A DNA stretch of 39,616 nt from Basidiobolus ranarum (Eukaryota). The stretch covers positions 1 through 39,616 of the forward strand of contig JASJQH010000041.1 in NCBI GenBank assembly GCA_040143965.1, in the 5' to 3' direction. Numbering within the stretch: the first letter of the stretch is position 1; every line of letters begins with the position of its first letter. This document shows, piece after piece, positions 14,530-27,215 of the stretch. The notes beneath the pieces were generated by a model. It worked only from the letters and a program-made list of their open reading frames with translations, was not told the DNA's origin and searched no databases. The position numbers and the translations under genes were made by a program.

Positions 14530-17500
14530 AATAAATAAAGGAAGTTAAGATCTTATGAAAACATCTATATCCAGTTCATCGCTAAACATATTTTTGGAAA
14601 ACTTATCTTCGTTTATGAAAATATATCAAATTGAAACTTGTTGCGCTTTTCTGAAATTTTGCTTGAAATGAAAGCCAGTCCACAACTATGTAATAATCAA
14701 CGATCTAACCTTTGCCAGTATGGCTATGTGAAAAGTAATATTTGCTATACAAATATACAGAATGCACGATTTAACCCACTACGAAATAACACATTGAAGT
14801 TCTTAGCTATAGAAGAAAATAGTTGGGCAGCAAAGAATGTTGAAATTATGCATTCCATATTGTAATTTATTAAGAGCTTTTATTAACAAATATTCGGAAA
14901 ATACAGTATTCACCTTCTGGGTAATCACAATTGAATTCAACTATCTATATCTATAAAAACAATCCATGGTGTTTGCTACAGATGTTTAGGAACAAATCAA
15001 TGCTAGTAAATATTCCGATCATCAATTGTATACGCTTCAAAAATATGTTTTGCTATATATAGCAAATCCCAACTTGCTAATAAAATTGCTATGGTATTTA
15101 TTATTATTCCAGATATTGACTGTAACATCAGCTTTATAGAGATCTCGCCAAGACATAAGCAATGACGACACATCTTGTATAATTATGTAGTATTGATCTT
15201 CATTAACTAGATGAGTGCAGCTCCCACATATTCTACTCGCGTGATATATTTTAGAAAAATAACAAATCTTTGCATATGACCAAATTGTTGGTAGAACGTA
15301 TCTTTCGAACCAACAGTGCATGAGATAGTGAGATTGATGCTGGGTTGAACGCTAGAGATATCCTATCTTTAACTTATGGAATATGCCAGGTACCATTCGT
15401 ACTTGTCTATCTAGAAATAAACTCGCAGGTTTCATACCACAACAAGCAGTAGTATCGGATCTCTTACAATTTGTGGAAGCCTACCTTGAATGATACAACC
15501 ACGAACTTGAACAAAGGGGTCTGACAAGTCGCTCAAAAGATGACTTCATAATGATGAAATGCCGATCATGGTTGATTGACACTTGCGTTAAAACTGGGTG
15601 TATTGGTTCACTTTCATGTAGTTTGAAACAATGCACCTCTTGCTACTTGCAATAACCAGGAGTAGCACTTTGGTTCTGATGTCATACATGCAAGCTCAAA
15701 CTTGATTCAGGTTTGTATCAGGTTACCTTGTGAGCTCCTAATATTTCTAATCCAATCAACAGTCAATTCTGGGATCGAGCACGATCTGTAGACCAGGAAG
15801 AGAATAGCTAGATCATTATACAATGTAATTGGAGATCATTGGACAAGGTTTTCCGACGTTGAAGAAAAGCTTTGTGATCTATAATGAGACAACGAAAGAT
15901 TTGAAGTAAGATATTGAATGAATACTCTGATTCTTGATGATATCATAATCTCATTTTCCGTCTCGCTTAACAAGTTTAGATAACTGAGGAACATACTGAT
16001 ATCATCACCAGAACAGTGAAACTGCCAACTATCTGGATCGTACACATAACACTCCGATTTCTAGGACCTATTTGAAAAATAGATAAGCAACGCCCTTAAC
16101 TCTGATGACTGGACTATAATATACTTGTTAATAATGTTCAACCAAGTTATCGTTAGATATAGTATGCCCCATAATTGCCGAAAACAGATATCAGTAAGTT
16201 TAGAAACTTGCAAGTTGCTTGATAACAAAATAGAAGTCTGAAATGAGCAAAGCTATATTGCTGTAGTGTATGCTTCTTCACCAGCGATACTTTGAGGATT
16301 TATCCGAAATCCTAAATCTCCATGTGGTATTCTCTGTACATTTGGCTGAATCAAGTGAGGCTATCCTAATCTAGGCATCGTGGACCGATTTCAAGTTGAG
16401 GATAAAAGGGACTTCCCATATTTGGCATAGGTTTTGATGTAACTCAATAGGAGTGCCACCTACTAGCGAGTAATGCTGTTGATGACATAATTATCGAAAC
16501 AGTGATACAATTTATATAATACCAGAAAGAGAATACTGGTTTCCACAATTACATTAAGGGCATTTATAGGTTGAGTATTCTTCATTAGTTCCATTATCAC
16601 TCCACGCTTTTAACGAGTTTCGAATCAATATATTCAGGATTCATTCTACTAGCCCAAAACATACCAAACCTTTTGCAGTGAGATGACATCACAGCATGAT
16701 GTCAGGCTGTAGTGACTTATCGTGACGTATGATTATTACTATTTATGCCGAAAGAGTTCCGTAATTGGTGGGTTGGGGTTTCCATACAAGAGTTGGCTCA
16801 ATTAAGGTTGGGCTAGAGCAAATGTCCGTGCCAATGAGCGAAGGCTAATGTAAGGTAAATTACCGCGAAACTCCACAAATTAACACTCTAACTAATAATA
16901 AAAAAGTGAGCACATATTCCTCTCCTGTGTATGCAATAGACTTGAAGATAATAGAGCCTCATTTATGCCAGTAGATATACTGAGTGTCATCACAATATCC
17001 ACCGTAATATTAGCAGTAGTTCTGTGCGTTGTTTAAACTGAATGGTACTAATTTACTTTCTCGCACAGTTTCAACTGTCTTTACATCTGATTGGTTACTT
17101 CTCTTAAAGTAGACTCACCACTAAGAGTGACCATCGGTTGTGTAATAGGTTAGGAATGATTGATGAGGAGAACCATACCTGTATGCTTTCATTGTCGGTG
17201 TTACTACTGTGTCTGACTTGACTCGTTTATCATTAAACTTGTCTATGAAAGTTGAAATCTCCTCAGAATCAACTACGCATTTCACGATTGTAACACTCGT
17301 TGAAAGATGTGTATGATATTTAGCGCATTTTCTATTCATCCTTCGTTTTCGACCCAAGTATCATCTACCCTTTTTTTCCGATGCCTATGATGTCATAACG
17401 ACATACCTCTATTTGCTTTTGTTTTGAGACAATCAAGATCTGTAATTATCAGAAGCGAGGCGAAGTGATTTCTACTTCTTAACATACATGTAAAGACAAG

Positions 17501-18744
17501 TACTCAAATTGAAATTAGTGTTAGTTTTAAGGTATATAGAAAGTATTTGTTCAAATAAGAATAAATTGTGGATTCCATACAAAACGATATGGAATCTTCC
17601 AACTAAGAATATGAGATGTAGATATCTTTTGATTTCCTTTTCAGCGATACCGCTGAGATTGATTTAGCTGAACAAGTTCTGAAATCCAGGTATGTCTTTT
17701 TCAATGCTCATCTTTGAGGTCTCGTGCCTGACTTCAACCCAACTTACCACGGTATAAGCCTATTTCGGCACTCATTATAATCCCTAGAATGGTGGGCAGT
17801 CTTTACAAATCTTATATCTGAATTTGACAGATGTAACCTGCCTTTTTGGAATTCAATTTATTTCATTCTCGCCCTATTCCAGCTTTGCACCACCCGGTAG
17901 CAATGTTCTTTAGTTTTTTCTTCTCGGCGAAACTTATGAGCTCACAAGCGATCATTTTCCCGACTTTCAAAAGTTAGTATATATCTTGATACCGTGGTAG
18001 TATTTAGACTAAAGAGAAGTGGGTATCAATGGGAGCAGCAGGGTTGTGTAGCAATTCTGCTCGTTTTTGGATTTCTCCTACTTATTTGGAGCGTGTAACA
18101 TTTATTGCGTGATAATATTGGATTTCAATATTGATTTGTAATATATTTGATTCCAAAACTTGTTGGCGCAAGGTGAGAATTAACAACCAGGTCAGTAATC
18201 GTGTTTTCATTGGTTTCATAGAAGTATCAAGATAGACTGGAGTTTGATATATTTCTCCCAGTTAGTTGCTCATCAAGATTCTTGTTTATATTGATCTGTT
18301 ATCTAACCCTCCAAATTCTGATTGAGATCACTACTGGCCAATGATGGAGATTAATTACTAAGTAAGATAAGATCTTTTCTTTTACCAAATCATTATGATT
18401 TAGAAATTAATGATGGCCTCCCTCTTGCAACCCGGAAAGGAAAGAAAGGTGAAATGTTGGAGAAGAGAGGTACTTGCCAATAGAGAAGTTGACCACGTTC
18501 ACAATATATAAAGGAGGCCTCCTCACATACAGTCTCAACAATCACTAGTTGATTTTCTTTCGCATTTGGAATCCATAGCCACTTTAAAGCTTAATTGTGA
18601 CCATTTCCTTACGATTTGCCTCGCCGGTGCTATCTTATCACGATATAGTTGACATAAATTAGTCTCGGTCGTTTTCAATTCTTATTGTTCACTCTTCGAA
18701 TTCACAAACACGATACATCTGATTTCTTCAAAACTCCATCAGCA

Positions 18745-19908
18745 ATGACTACCACAGTACCATATGTTAAGGCTGAAAACTCGGACTATCAGCTTCCATA
18801 CATAAGCAGTTTTATCCAGTCACGTAATCCATTTACGTCACAAGTCTCTTCAGTCTCTGATTATCCTTCCTTTAGCACAGAAGGTAATTCCATTTGAGTT
18901 TTATTTCAAAGATATTCACATTTACTAAATATATTTTCCTCATTAGTTGAAACAACCGAAACTAATGGTTTAGAGTCTAGTGACTTGATCGCACCCAAGA
19001 AGTTGGATTTAGAACCCAACCCGTTTGAGCAAAGTTTCTTGGCTTCCTCAGCACCAAGTAACAGCAATATCACCGCCAGTTCTAGAAATACCGGACTATT
19101 ACCTCCAGTTTCTTCAATCGAGAACCCAAGGGGAGATGGACCTGATTGGAACCAGTCATTAAGGGCCGGCCCTTTATCTCCTTCTATGTTGTTTGGCCCT
19201 CAGCCTAACATAGCCAAAACAGTTATGAATTCACAACCTTTTCCAATGGGCTCCAACATTTATGACAATCCTTCTGGTCAATCAAATACCGCCAATTTCA
19301 GTGGAATCTCTAGCTCATATTATCGTCGTCCGTCTGATGAATCATCACGTCCAGTTGTCACTGGGTGGGCAGAACCCTTGGGTATCGATAGCAAGAATAT
19401 TCCTGGATCCAATAAGCGTAAGAGCAGTGACTGTAGTCGCTCAGATTGGAGTGTTGATAGCGACATGTCACGCCGTAACAGTATTGACGATGCTGATTCC
19501 ATGAAATACAAGTCTGATATGACACCTGACGAAAAGCGAAAATTGTTCTTAGAACGCAACCGTAAGGCAGCATTGAAGTGCCGTCAACGCAAGAAGCAAT
19601 GGCTAAGTAACCTTCAGGAGAAAGTGGACTATCTATCTCAAGAAAATGATTCTTTACAGGACCAAGCCACCTCACTTAGAGAGGAAATCATTAATTTGAA
19701 AACGTTGCTCCTAGCCCATAAGGAGTGTCCAGTTGCTCAAGCTAATGGTGTTATTGGCTTAGATAATCTTGCACCAACACTTGGTGATCATACATTGGTT
19801 ATGGGGCAGACAGCTGGCCAAGAAATGGCAGCATTCCCTGCGGCATCCAGATCTGGTATTCCTTCCAACTCAGTTGGATTAGCACCCAATACGATCATCA
19901 GATTTTAG
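18745..19908 (+). CDS. atf1: Atf1/Sko1-type CRE-binding bZIP transcription factor (2 exons, about 366 aa)
   Basis: Exons 18745-18883 and 18947-19908 (GT-AG intron, in frame). Aft1 OSA motif KLDLEPNPFEQSF, HRR-like SLRAGPLSPSML, and bZIP KRKLFLERNRKAALKCRQRKKQWLSNLQ...LREEIINLKTLLLAHKECPV. TATATAAA near 18506. Confidence 0.92.
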
Positions 19909-21159
19909 ATTAACACACCCTATTATAACCATGTAGATATACTTTCATCATGATTCTAGTTTGGCATCTTTGAATCATTCTTTTCTTCTGTATTTTGCTT
20001 CCTTTGCGCGGGTAATTTCCATCATTAGAATTACCACCCTATTCTATCGAAATGTTTATTTAATTGTACACAAATGATTTCTCAATTTTTGGAGTAAAAA
20101 AGCATCCACTCTACCTCGTTGCTACTGTTGCACTTAAAATTCGTGGTTGTGTAATGGGGTGTGAGTGAGGTCATAGGTCAGATCGGCTGGAACTATCTAT
20201 GATCTGCAAGTACTAACGTATGAATGGTTAAGGCAGTGCACCCACGATAGATAATCTAGATCGGGCTTTCCTTAATAAACAAGCCAAATTGCGTCTCAGT
20301 CTTTTCATCATGTGATTACCACTCAAAATGGCTGGGAAAATTCATGAAGCATGATGGCTTTACAAAGTGTTACGCAAGATCACACTCTCTGGCGAAATCC
20401 AGTAGAATGATAATTTCATTGCGGATATTTAGTAGTGAAGGGAGACGATCAAGAAACCGGTATAGAACATTCTCTTTAATCACTTTTCTCACAATCTCAA
20501 CAGAGGTGTTTGACATCTGATTTTAATATACCCAACACTGGTGGTTGATATCGTGGAAGATTGCCTGGATAACTTGATGTCTGGAAATCTATTTCCTTAA
20601 CAGATCTACTTATCATTTCATCACCAACGAGTTGCAATCATTTAACATTAATACCACATGAGCAAAAGCATGTAAATCCGTTGGTTTTTTCGATTCACAG
20701 CGAGCAAGCTAAGAAATTCATATAAGCCTACTTGGAAGTAACCCCAAGAATGCTCTCCACAATCAATGGTTGCACTAATATACAATATCCTCATGATCGT
20801 CCATATTTATTAAATAGGTTAATTTCATTCATGCAACATAGTTCAATTGTTTCTTCAGAATCCTGTGTTAGGCAATAATAACACTTATTTAACCGCATAA
20901 TTGACTCTGTATGCAGTAGTAGCTTACAAACCTAGAGTGTTCATTTTAGATGCTATTTAGTCTTAAGAATCTGTTACTCTAGGTATTTAGGTACTATTTG
21001 GTAGCTCTGCTTCAGGTATGTGAGATTTACTAAATAGCAGTCAGAGTATGGAAATGGTACAGTTTCCAAGTTGACATTGAATACTATTATAAATAAAGAA
21101 GAAAATGAGTTGGAGGGTTATGAGATATATGTACACTATACTTATTGGCCATTAGTTAT

Positions 21160-21505
21160 TGTTGAAATTAGCATTGCCTAAACACCTATATAGTCATATA
21201 TAGCTTAGTACTTAGTTATCTTATATTTCACTAAGATATTACCCATTATTCTCAAGAGGAACTTACAATATTTTTACCAACTTGATAGTTCTCGGATATA
21301 TATATATATTTTCAAGCTTGTGCTAGAAGCCCCAAGCTTTGCACACATGTTCCTGGAATCTTCTTAACACATTCTATATGCTAGTTTGTTTACATCTTGA
21401 CAAAACTATAAATGTCAACTGAATACTCAATAAATCAATAAGTGAAAACAACCGATTTCACTAATTCTCCAAACCACTTCCAACAGGCTCCCAAATACTT
21501 TAACA
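21160..21505 (+). mobile_element. Solo LTR-like element, full length (346 bp)
   Basis: TGTTGAAATT...TACTTTAACA with a perfect 5-bp TSD GTTAT (21155-21159 and 21506-21510). Confidence 0.9.
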
Positions 21506-21606
21506 GTTATTTTATGATTTGCACATGGGGCACTCACAATTACCTGATGGGAGTATTAAGGAAACATTGGTAGAGATTAAGAAAACTAAAATCAATTGGT
21601 AGTTAA

Positions 21607-21936
21607 TGTTGAATTTAGCATTGCCTAAACACTTATATAGCCATATATAGCTTTTTAGTTTAGTTAACTTATGTTTCACTAAGATATCACCTATGATTCT
21701 CAATCAAAATTTACGTAGAAGTTTGAAGATATATAGTTTTGATAACTTACGCTAGAAGCTCCAAAACGTGCATACATGTTCCTGGGAACTTCCTTAACAC
21801 ATAGTGTATGTTAGTTTTCTTACATCGTTACAAAACCGTAAATGTCAACTTTCTATTCAATAGATCAACAAGTGAAATCCACCAATTTCTCTAGTTCTCC
21901 AAACCACTTCCAACAGGCTCCCAAAATACTCTAACA
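21607..21936 (+). mobile_element. Solo LTR-like element, full length, diverged subfamily
   Basis: TGTTGAATTT...TACTCTAACA, 101 bp downstream of the previous copy. Flanks are attggtagttaa and gttggtagctaa. Confidence 0.85.
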
Positions 21937-22647
21937 GTTGGTAGCTAATATCTATATGAGATAAGCTTGTTAGTATCCTAGAAACATATTTTTTCTCTGA
22001 TTCCATGCTATTGACTTGAAGTATTTAGTATATATACATTTGAGAGCCTAATTCTAATATTTCGATATTTGGGATATATTTTTCTTCTGTGTATTATTAA
22101 AAGTCCTTGTTAGTAAGTCACGTGTTTAAATGGTTCAAAATAATTCAAATATAGACAATTTAGGTATCTAACCTCCACCACAGGATTAAGATACACAGTA
22201 ATGATCGTGATTTTTTTCTCATCATACACAGGTCGAGTTGAGTAACTCTCATCCAATCAAGAAGAAAATATTTTTTCCTTAATCAGGGGTATTTCTTGAG
22301 CCTGGATGGTTTCGTGGTCATATATAAGTACCTGGTTGGAGGACTTGAAATTCATCACCGGTGCGAACACCAATTCATAAGGTATTGTAGCGAATTTTAT
22401 GTTAATTTTTGTATTTCATTTCCTGTTAAATTCCCCCACCAGAAATAAGTTCTCCACTCTGGATGGGACTACGAACCAGGAGACATTAATTTTCGGTTTT
22501 TTTCGAGCAATCTTTGATTGTCACCACGTGTGGCGGGGGTATTATTACTTGCCTCTGTTATCGAGATACTGATACAAACCATGATATTCCTTTAAATTTC
22601 ATGAACTAATGTTTAAATTTCTAGATTAATGTACGATGTCTTTGTAG

Positions 22648-22941
22648 ACTGAGTGGCCAACCATTCGCTTAGGCCTCGAGAGATCTGCCAGCGGAAGCTA
22701 CGAATATTACATGAGTGACTCTTACCATGATTACTACCTCCATGTACAGACGCCCTTAGATGAAGCATTCGCAAGCTGTAATGTTGAACCAGATGTGAAA
22801 TTCATCGATCTAATCAAACAACCATGGTACCACACTAAACTTCCACTTGAAGCTGAAAATCAATCGATTTATTTCAAGTTTGGTGACAGAAAAATTGTTA
22901 ATGACAATCCGCATGCTGTATATAAATGCCTTATTCTCTAA
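22648..22941 (+). other. Possible terminal exon or gene relic of unknown function
   Basis: About 97 open codons after a tttgtag acceptor-like site (TEWPTIRLG...DVKFIDLIKQPWYHTKLPLE...), protein-like composition, TATATAA at about 22321. No family recognised. Confidence 0.25.
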
Positions 22942-23273
22942 ATGTTGTAAAGTTTTGAGAAAGTGTCAATATAATTCAATGTAACATTTAAAAGAACATT
23001 CACACACTTGTAAATAAATCAAATGCATATATTTCTTAACATAAATATTCAGTTTATTCAAGCCATGGTGATGAATCAACGATTTATTGGCAGTGGCAAT
23101 GATGATTCTTCCGATATTTCGCTACAACTCACAGAAATCAATATATTGAAATTCCATTTGTTTATACTTGGCTATGTTTTCTTACCATGAAATGATTTTA
23201 ATTGATCCCATTTTTGACTGATAAATTGGTCCGCAACCGAATTCTATTTTGTCATTTGGTGAGGAACGTAGAT

Positions 23274-24630
23274 ATGGAGGAAAAAGATACCAAACAAGTG
23301 AAAGGAGCAACTGCAGAAGTAACTTTAAATAAGTTAAGAGAACAGGCGGTTGAACTTTTAAAAGCCATTCGACCTTACGATGGAAAAGTTGAAGGGATTC
23401 ACAAATTGGAACGAGGAATCTTAGCTGAACAAAATTTTCTTCAAAAGGTAAGTTTTTTGTTGAAGTGAAGTTTTTCGGTATTAGATATTAAACAAGTATG
23501 AGGGTCGGGTGGGGTATTTTTTTCATTTTTAGAGTACTATAGAACAATCGGAACTGAATTCTACAAATCTCAAATATTATTCGGCTATCGTAGAAACTTT
23601 AAAAAGCTCCAACAGTCCAACGTCAGTTTTGAAAGTATTTCGTTATCAGTCTACGCAGTGCAAATTTCTTAAAAGAGTTATCGTGGATGTGGTAACTGAC
23701 AATGGAACCAATTGGATCAAAGTGAGTAAGCTTTACAAACGGGGAAGTAACAAAATTCCTTTGGACTCGGACTATTCTGATGCAGAAGATTCTTTTCTTC
23801 ATTTGAGGGATTCTCCACTCATCAAGTATGCAAGAAAGATGATAGAAGCTTCAAAACAGAACTTGATCCATTTTAATCTACCAAAAATTACTTTCACTAC
23901 TTGTGAAGATATGGACAATTCCTTGATAATGCGTTTAAAGGAAGAGGGAGTTTTTATCGAGAAGCCACATGAGTTTTTTCCAAGCTCGATCTCAGCCTCA
24001 GCCTCGGATATGCATCCAAGCTATTGCAGTCGATTAAATTTAGATGTCACTTCTCTGATTGCATTAGTATCTGATTTAACCCATTCTTTAAAACATCCTG
24101 TGGATCCTACCATTTTCAAAGAACAACCATTGATCATTCAAGCAACTCAAGAACTAGCTGAACCTATTCTACCGATATTTTCCAAACTATTTCATGATCG
24201 TACCTTACACACCACTCGAAGTGCGTACAGTAAATTCTTCGAGTTGATAAACTTGATCGCCGGGGAAAGAGAAACGATTCGAGCACATCAAATATTTACC
24301 AAGGAATTGATCGACTATAATGGTTCCAGTGAACTATATTACAATTGGAGAGAGGTGGGATTCAATGAACCTCCTTATGTTACAGTCATCGAAGATCAAC
24401 CTAGCCCTCGATTCTTAGAACTCTTGAAACATCCAAATAAGCCAAAGAAGTTCACTTCATTAACTATGGTGGTTTTCGGCACCGGGGATCAATTGAAAAT
24501 GACTACCGTATCCGGGAATTCCTGGATAAGTCGGTCGCTCGATCAGATGGAGCTGAAAAATCGGAGTGTCTTTGAGCACAGTCCGCGAAGTCTTGTTGAA
24601 AAGAAATCATCACAGCATTTCAATCCGTAA
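23274..24630 (+). CDS. DUF1308 / UPF0415 (C7orf25-like) protein, 2 exons, about 423 aa
   Basis: Exons 23274-23447 and 23533-24630. Motifs KLERGILAEQNFLQK, NSTNL, VDVVTDNGTNWIKV, LNLDVTSLIALVSDL, IAGERETIRA, VFGTGD, HSPRSLVE. Confidence 0.85.
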
Positions 24631-26693
24631 CTATCCTTTGCTCATTGTTTCACAAAGCTCTAAGGTTGCAAATGGTTCTTATGCTGAATGATTAAATTCA
24701 TCATCTTGTATATGTGGATGGCAAACAAGGACTGCCAGTTGATATAAATCCAAGATAGAAAGGCAAATTATTTTGTATTATTATAATGGCATATAAACTA
24801 TTGCACTTCCTATCCAGTGGCTACACTCTTCGTTGCCAAGCCAATGCATAAACATTCCTAAAGTAGCAAGTAACGATCCATGTTCTCCATTGGGCCAACA
24901 ATTGTAAAAACCAGACTATAATAATCATTTGGTAGTGCCTAGGGCGGAAGTGAGATTCACCGTATTGTAGGAAGTTTTGTGAGAGAGAAATGTTACCATC
25001 GTGACTGGTCATTAATGCTTATATATGATAAGGACTTCGAGTTGGGCGAGACCCATTCTACGAGGATTTTTAGCATCGGTATCGATGCCTGCCACTGAAG
25101 AGAGAAATGGTGTCCAAATTATCTTTTTAACCCTGCTCAAGTTGGATTGAATAGAACGTTGGACCAAGCTAGTCAACAAAAGATCTTAGATATTTGAAAT
25201 GCTAGGTTCAACGAACTCTCACCGCAATTAATTGATTCGACGTGAATATTGATCGAATCGAGTGAGTACCTTTCAAATCCCAGTGCTTTGGTCGATTTGG
25301 CGATGGGTTTATGTTTGTATATAGTTAAATTTAGGTCATAATCGCACAATACCCACACCATACAATTTGGGTTGTCAGGATAGTTTCATCTAGAATACGA
25401 TCCAAGTAATATCACCAAATATTTAAGAATTGGGTGAGTGTACCAAGCTAAGTGGATAGAACCTTAGGGATTTTCGAAATTATTAGATGTTTCCCAGAGA
25501 ATAAACTTTATTAGCCACTACATCATCATGATGCAGATCAATCTCCGCCCAGCCCCCTTTCATCTTTTGAATTCGAGTTCGAGAAAGTTCAGCTAATAGT
25601 ATCACTGGACCGAATCTTTATCTTGATAATGATGATTGTACTGTTCAAATATCGACATATTAAATATTGTTGTAGGGTGTGTCATATCCCATGTGTGACA
25701 TTGCCTCTAAGTCTATGAGCCTTCCAATTCAAAGTTGTCCTAAATCCAAGGATTAATTGAATGATTGAAGCTTACAATCAAGCGTTTCAAGACTTCAAGA
25801 TCGAATTGAATGTGATGTCATAACATACCTTTGATAAGTACCAAGTCATATAATCGAATGAAACATCCAAGAGTATGGCGTGAAAGTAAACAAGCTCCTG
25901 GGTGTGACTTAAAAGTAAAGACCGTGTTGAATTAAGCTAGTTTGAAAAGAACTTCAGTATAATTAAGATTCTTGGATAAATAAGTGACTGGAGCCCCACA
26001 TTGGTAATGGCTTAAAGAACCAATGGGTGTAGCATCAACATCTACGTGAGTAAGAACCAAATTGTGGCCACAGCGAATAAGTACAATATTACTCTCATCA
26101 ATTACCGGAATTTAACAAATATTCCATCTGCTTTCAACATGAATATATTTCATCATCGAGTTATGTCATTAAGTTCCGAAATTTCTGTACAAGCCTCTAT
26201 ACCTTTGGCTAATAGAGATTCGTGGTCACCATTATTGAAGTTGAAAATCAATCGAAAGGGTATAGATAGAGTATACTCCTTCGTTTGGTATTCTATGTTA
26301 ATTTACTAATGAATCTAGAAGATCTACGGTAAGATATCCATTCCATATTCACATCAAAGTTGTGATGTTCTAGAAGATAATTCGAAGTATAAGATAACCA
26401 ATGCTCAAGTACACTGCAAGGACCCCACATACATCTATGTCGATGTATCATTTTGTTTACAATCTAATTCAGTTCAGTCATGACTGTCACGCTTAGAGAT
26501 CAAGTAAAAATTGACTTTACATACATCACTTCTACTGCTAATGATTTTTATTATGATGGTCGTATTCAATATACGTAATTGAGAATAAACTAAGATGCGT
26601 AGAAGGTGCCAATAAACAACTTCGGTTAAATTACAAGAATCATGGTTGATATAGCATTAGAATGAGAAGCAAGTTTGAAGAAAAAGAAGTTAT

Positions 26694-27215
26694 TTAAAGT
26701 AATTGAAGAGCCATGCATCCAACAAAAATCAAGACAGAAGACTTCGTAATAACATTCACAGATCCTACCGACTTCGAGGTACCGCTACCTGCGGCTGATG
26801 AGGATGATTGAGATCCGGAGCCGCTGCTGGAACCACTTCCCGAGCTACCATCAGCGGCTAAAATCTCAAATTGAGGACTGTAGGTAACATTGGGAGATGT
26901 ACCAATGCGAATGGCATAATCCTTCCCAGGTGCCTGAGTAGCAGGAATTTCCCATTGGTATTGACCCAGAGCAGAGTCTACACCGTTACTGATGGTGGCA
27001 ACCAGCGCGAGTGAAGTTTCCTTACCCTGCATTAAAACAATGTCATGCTTGGCTGGCATGGGAATACCATTCTCATTATCTTGCCAAGTGATGATATTCT
27101 TGGTACCAGCCTTCCAAGAAGTTTGTTGAGGAGCTGTGATGGCAACACTACCACTTGCATAAGTAACAGCAGAAGCCAAAACAGCCACAATAGAAGCGAA
27201 CTTGGTGAAGTGCAT
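26694..27215 (-). CDS. Ser/Thr-rich GPI-anchored cell-wall protein with Kre9/Knh1-like N-terminal domain, paralogue 1
   Basis: Signal peptide; ITAP..SWKAGTKNIITW..DIVLMQG..GQYQWEIP..YAIRIG..YSPQFEI; Ser/Gly stalk; hydrophobic C-terminus. Confidence 0.88.
   Translation of the reverse strand: MHFTKFASIVAVLASAVTYASGSVAITAPQQTSWKAGTKNIITWQDNENGIPMPAKHDIVLMQGKETSLALVATISNGVDSALGQYQWEIPATQAPGKDYAIRIGTSPNVTYSPQFEILAADGSSGSGSSSGSGSQSSSSAAGSGTSKSVGSVNVITKSSVLIFVGCMALQLL

Noticed and set aside
14638-16500. Short ORFs (14638-14865, 15037-15321, 15836-16045) as a gene or retroelement remnant
   Set aside because: No recognisable domain or gag/pol motif, and no consistent exon chain. A decayed gene cannot be excluded without BLASTx.
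21160-21936. Two direct LTRs 101 bp apart as a TRIM or mini-retrotransposon
   Set aside because: The first copy has its own perfect TSD on both sides, the copies are clearly diverged, and the spacer shows no clear PBS or PPT. Independent insertions fit better.
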